Positions 60,101 through 64,000 of a stretch of DNA of 64,000 bases are shown in pieces (position 1 is the stretch's first letter; each line of letters starts with the position of its first letter). The notes beneath the pieces are model-generated. The model had not been told where the DNA came from, ran no database searches, and saw only the letters and a program-made list of their open reading frames with translations. This DNA comes from an uncultured cyanobacterium (GTDB lineage: Bacteria; Cyanobacteriota; Cyanobacteriia; Cyanobacteriales; CAWUOF01), in NCBI GenBank assembly GCA_963744145.1, contig CAVUSO010000001.1, forward strand, positions 4,576,001-4,640,000. The letters are read 5' to 3'. The translations under genes and the position numbers were made by a program.

Positions 60101-62327
60101 TTATTTAATTTGGTAAATAAAGGTCAAAGTTGCCCAAGTATTTACATCAAGAACATAATCCTCAGTGGCGATTGGATTAGTAGTTTTATTGACACTTACT
60201 TCATGTAAATCTTGTAAAATTGCTTGGACTACTTCAAAAGGTTTAAATAATACACCCATTTGTTGGGTTCCTGGGATTGGTAACATTCCTCCTGCTAATA
60301 CATTGAGAGTGTGCTGAAAAGGAGCCAAACTAAAGATAATTTGAGTTTCAACTAACCCTGATGGACCACGAATATCCCAATCTAAATCACCATAACTGGT
60401 CGGTAGGGTTAATGTTGTTCCAGGTAAAATTGGTGCTGGTTGTTGAACGGTCGCAATTTGGCTAGGGTCTTCTGGGCTATTACTACTGGATAAACGATAA
60501 AATGCGATCGCACGACCACTACTATCTAAACCTAACAACATGAAATATATTGGAATATCACTATAATTATGTAACTGATACTGAATTCGACTACCAATCG
60601 GTACAGTTGCGATCTCTGCTACTGGGGAATTAGGATGATCGGCTAAGGTACTGCGTTCAATTAAAATTTGTGGTTGCGGCAAGATTTTTGCTAAGGTTGC
60701 TCCTACTGCTAACCCCGATGAACCTTGATTAGCGGTAACACGTAATAATTTGACTGCGCGTAGTTTTTGTAAATTGGGAATCACTCGCTGGACAGCTGAT
60801 TTAACTGCTTCTCCACCTACTCCCAGAGTATTGGGAATTAATTCTTGGCCGAGAGAAAATAATCCGTAGCTACCTTGGGGAATAGCAGGTAAGGGAGTTG
60901 TAGGAGTTTGGGCGATCGGGGTTGATGGAACTCTTCCAAATACATAATCTGCTAGTTGAGGGGTTTCACTGGGGACGATCGAGGTAACATGGGCAATAGT
61001 GGCAAAAGCACTGGTTGCGTCTACTCGCTCAATTCTAGTTAAACTAGGATCAATTGCCACAACCAAATCAATTTGTCGGGGAATAATGCGAATTGATTCT
61101 CGGACTAATTGTCCAATTTTGATTTGACCATTACCAACTAAGTTTACTTGAGCGGTCAAACCATCGTGGGAGCGAACTTGCATCCCAACTGGTTCAGCGA
61201 GATCATCATTATTAATCGGTATTGAGGTGAATAGAGAATTAATACCGTAGACATCTAACAGGATTGGTGGTAATCCACCTAACCATAAGCGTGCAGTTTT
61301 CCCATCATCTCCAACGGTTTTTACTACACCCACAGCAGGTATGGGTAAGAGAGAATCAGTCAGTAGTCTGAGGTCTGTAGGAGTGAGTGTTGGGTCTACT
61401 AACGAGGGTGTCTCTGACCATACTTGTGGTACTTGGATATTACCAGTAATTTGGGCGATCGCTTCTACAGCTCGACTCAGAGAAAATTGCAATGTGGTGG
61501 GAGAAGTCGCTAACCAGAGATTTTGAGTAAAAGTATAAGTAAAAATCCCTGCACTAAAACCATTCCACTGTGCTTCCACCGCAATTTGGTTTGGTCCAGA
61601 TGCAGTTAGAATAATTCCTGAATTACCAGTTTGAGCGATCGCTTGTTGGTTCAGATCCGCTTGTAAGGTTATTTCTGCGGGATTGGGATTACCGACAGGA
61701 AGATAGGGACGAGACCGAATGCGTAAATTTCCGATCGTTCCAGATGTACTCGGAGTATAGCTAGTATCCAGGATCGCGATCGCTGTTTCAGTTTTGAGCG
61801 ATCGCCATAACGACCATAAGGTATCAAAGAGGAGATCATTAACTATCGGAGTTTCCGGAGCGATCGAACTATCTACAGGAACCAAAGAATTTTGGTATTT
61901 TTCTGGGGTTCCCTGGGGCAAATTTAGTCCATCATTAATTTTTTTGACCCGACTACCATAACCACTAAAATGGAATACCACCAAATCTCCACTCTGGGCT
62001 TGTGCAATTAAGTGAGATTGGAAAGCATCTTCAATATTTTGCCTAGTTGCTTCTTTATTGGTCAGAGTCAGAATTGCTCCCGACTCAAATCCAAACCGAT
62101 TAATTAGCAGTTCGCGCTGTAATTCCACATCGGTGGTACAACCAGCCAAAGCTGCTTCTGGATACTGATTTATACCTACCAGTAACGCTAGTTTGCGGGG
62201 AGCAGTCACAGCCAAAGCTGCTAAATGAGCCTGATCGCCCAATTGCCACCATCCAGCCTTACTAATCCCTAGGGTTACCAGTGCCCACCTGGCTTGTTGT
62301 AAAAATTCCCGTCCTGTTCAGTCCCAT
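60101..62327 (-). CDS. Pseudo-orthocaspase (C14 fold, Tyr/Ser in place of His/Cys); 1-nt insertion in its Tat signal region
   Basis: RKLALLVGIN.Y, L.GC.TDV, HFSGYGS, ILDTS. ATG 62327 gives MGLNRREFLQQA... only if one base near 62312-62314 is removed. Confidence 0.78.
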
Positions 62328-62537
62328 TCTCTTTTCCTTACATTCCACCCGATGCAGTAAATTTTCGGGTAGCTATGCTCGTTGATAATGCTAACTTGAC
62401 TTGACTGCTGTGGCAGTTGGGTACTGCTATAGTGGTGTTTGTTTGGATCATTCTCCGGGTTCTCATCATACCACTTATACATTGGCTAATCATCTTCAGT
62501 ATGGGGAAATTTTAATTTTTATTTTAAATTTCACATT

Positions 62538-62984
62538 TTATTCTGTTTGACCACAGCTCCCTGGAGCTTTCAGCGCAGCTTCATCCAGACATTGAGTAAT
62601 TTCTGCACCCCATCCTGACTGATAACTGATGTTAGCTAAGGCATTTAAAAGAGCAGCTTGGCTAAATCCTGCTGCTTCCAGCTTAATGAAAAAATCTTTA
62701 ATTTGCTGATTTAATAATTCCTCATCAGCTTCCCAAGCAATCAATTGGCGAGTCGCAACCAAGCAATCTTCAGCTAATTCATAAACGATCCCATGATCAG
62801 CAGATATCCTTTCACTTATTTTGCGATAGAAACCTTGCCAGAGAACTGATTTTCCATAAAATTCCTCATCTTCAGGAGCGCGACGAATCTCAATGATTCT
62901 ATCCCGAAAAATCTCGACATAGCCAATTTGGCCAACTTTTACCGCAGGGGGATCGCACTTTTGTCCAGATACTTCATTCATCAC
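62538..62984 (-). CDS. Hypothetical protein
   Basis: 148-aa ORF co-oriented with its neighbours; no recognised motif. Confidence 0.55.
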   Translation of the reverse strand: MMNEVSGQKCDPPAVKVGQIGYVEIFRDRIIEIRRAPEDEEFYGKSVLWQGFYRKISERISADHGIVYELAEDCLVATRQLIAWEADEELLNQQIKDFFIKLEAAGFSQAALLNALANISYQSGWGAEITQCLDEAALKAPGSCGQTE

Positions 62985-63101
62985 TACATCCTTCGGCGAT
63001 TTTTACCAGCGCTGAATGCTTTGGATCAACAAAATTGCTAATTTTTGGTAGCCTAATAATATAAATTCTCAAATTACCAATTACCAGCTCTAAAAAATAC
63101 T

Positions 63102-63132
63102 TGGTGGTGAATCTAGCTAATTTTCACCACCA
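63102..63132 (-). terminator. Probable terminator hairpin after sat
   Basis: TGGTGGTGAA-N11-TTCACCACCA, 13 bp beyond the stop codon. Confidence 0.65.
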
Positions 63133-63145
63133 TGACCCAAAAATC

Positions 63146-64000
63146 TTAATAAGCTTCCACAGGAATTCTCATTGCCCGAGCTAATTCGGCTGCAACTTCT
63201 GGACGAGAAAACTCTGGTGGAGGTAGTTCTCCTTGTCGTAACAATTCCCGAACTTTAGTCCCAGACAAGTGAATCCGCTGTTCCGGAGTGCTAGGGCTAG
63301 TCTTACTTGTTGCCATACTTTGGGTTACAGTACAGTAAAAAGCGTGTTCAAACTTCATCGGGATAATGCCCAATTCCCTAGGTTCAAACTGATCAAAAAT
63401 ATGTTGAGCATCGTAAGTCCCATAATAATTGCCTACTCCAGCATGATCTCGACCGACAATAAAATGGGTACAGCCGTAATTTTTCCGGACTAAAGCATGA
63501 AAAATTGCTTCTCTCGGGCCAGCATAACGCATCGCGGCTGGATTAATTGCTAAAACCACCCGTTCTTTAGGAAAATACCGTTCTAACAAAATTTCATAAC
63601 ATCGCATCCGCACATCTGCGGGAATATCATCTTCTTTAGTTGCTCCCACTAAAGGATGAAGGAATAAAGCATCTACTGTTTCTAAAGCACACTTTTGGAT
63701 ATATTCATGGGCACGATGAATGGGGTTGCGAGTTTGGAAACCAACCACCGTTTTCCAACCATGGGATTGAAAAATCTGCCGTGATTGGGCAGGATCAATT
63801 TGATATTTGGGAAAAAGAGGATGCAAATCTCTTTGCATTAACCAAACTGGACCTGCTAGGTTAATTGCCCCTTGCTGATACAGTACATTTACTCCTGGAT
63901 GCTCAAGGTCTTCTGTCTGGTAGACTTTAGTTGCCTCAAGTGCTTTGTTATAGCGATATTTTTGGGTTAACTCTAAAACCCCAATAAAACGACCACTTGG
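63146..64000 (-). CDS. sat: Sulfate adenylyltransferase (5' part outside the window)
   Basis: [40 protein letters not shown]; the frame stays open to the window edge. Confidence 0.97.
   Translation of the reverse strand, partial: PSGRFIGVLELTQKYRYNKALEATKVYQTEDLEHPGVNVLYQQGAINLAGPVWLMQRDLHPLFPKYQIDPAQSRQIFQSHGWKTVVGFQTRNPIHRAHEYIQKCALETVDALFLHPLVGATKEDDIPADVRMRCYEILLERYFPKERVVLAINPAAMRYAGPREAIFHALVRKNYGCTHFIVGRDHAGVGNYYGTYDAQHIFDQFEPRELGIIPMKFEHAFYCTVTQSMATSKTSPSTPEQRIHLSGTKVRELLRQGELPPPEFSRPEVAAELARAMRIPVEAY

Noticed and set aside
62318..62482. 54-codon ORF (MYKWYDENP...) ending in TGA in frame with the pseudo-caspase, suggesting readthrough
   Set aside because: A 1-nt indel restoring MGLNRREFL explains the region more simply, and the peptide has no recognisable features.
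1..64000. Frequent GCGATCGC octamers
   Set aside because: This is the known genome-wide HIP1 motif; it was used only as a taxonomic and compositional clue.

Overview
This is an AT-rich cyanobacterial chromosomal window. The HIP1 octamer GCGATCGC recurs throughout, and there are cyanobacterial genes such as plmA, cruP, psb32 and a Tab2-family gene. Housekeeping genes (gcvP/gcvH, S1-domain protein, surE, lysC, mtnP, sat) are interspersed with accessory DNA: (1) two adjacent RelE/ParE toxin-antitoxin loci; (2) a tnpA-less IS200/IS605 (TnpB) element carrying three tiny palindromic repeat insertions; (3) a 1.7 kb cassette encoding a DUF4157 protein with a JAB-like C-terminal domain, bounded by 36-37 bp direct repeats of the 3' end of a DUF1998 helicase gene; (4) a dispersed MITE/REP-like hairpin family; (5) a 25 kb signalling block with three giant Ser/Thr kinase-AAA ATPase-GAF proteins (one His kinase, two tandem adenylyl cyclases), the first apparently co-transcribed with a phasin-like/acetoacetate-decarboxylase fusion and a flavoprotein; (6) an Rpn-family gene with a strong internal start. 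Two genes carry single-base frameshifts that may be real or assembly errors. No rRNA, tRNA or CRISPR array was recognised. All family calls come from motif recognition by eye, not database searches.
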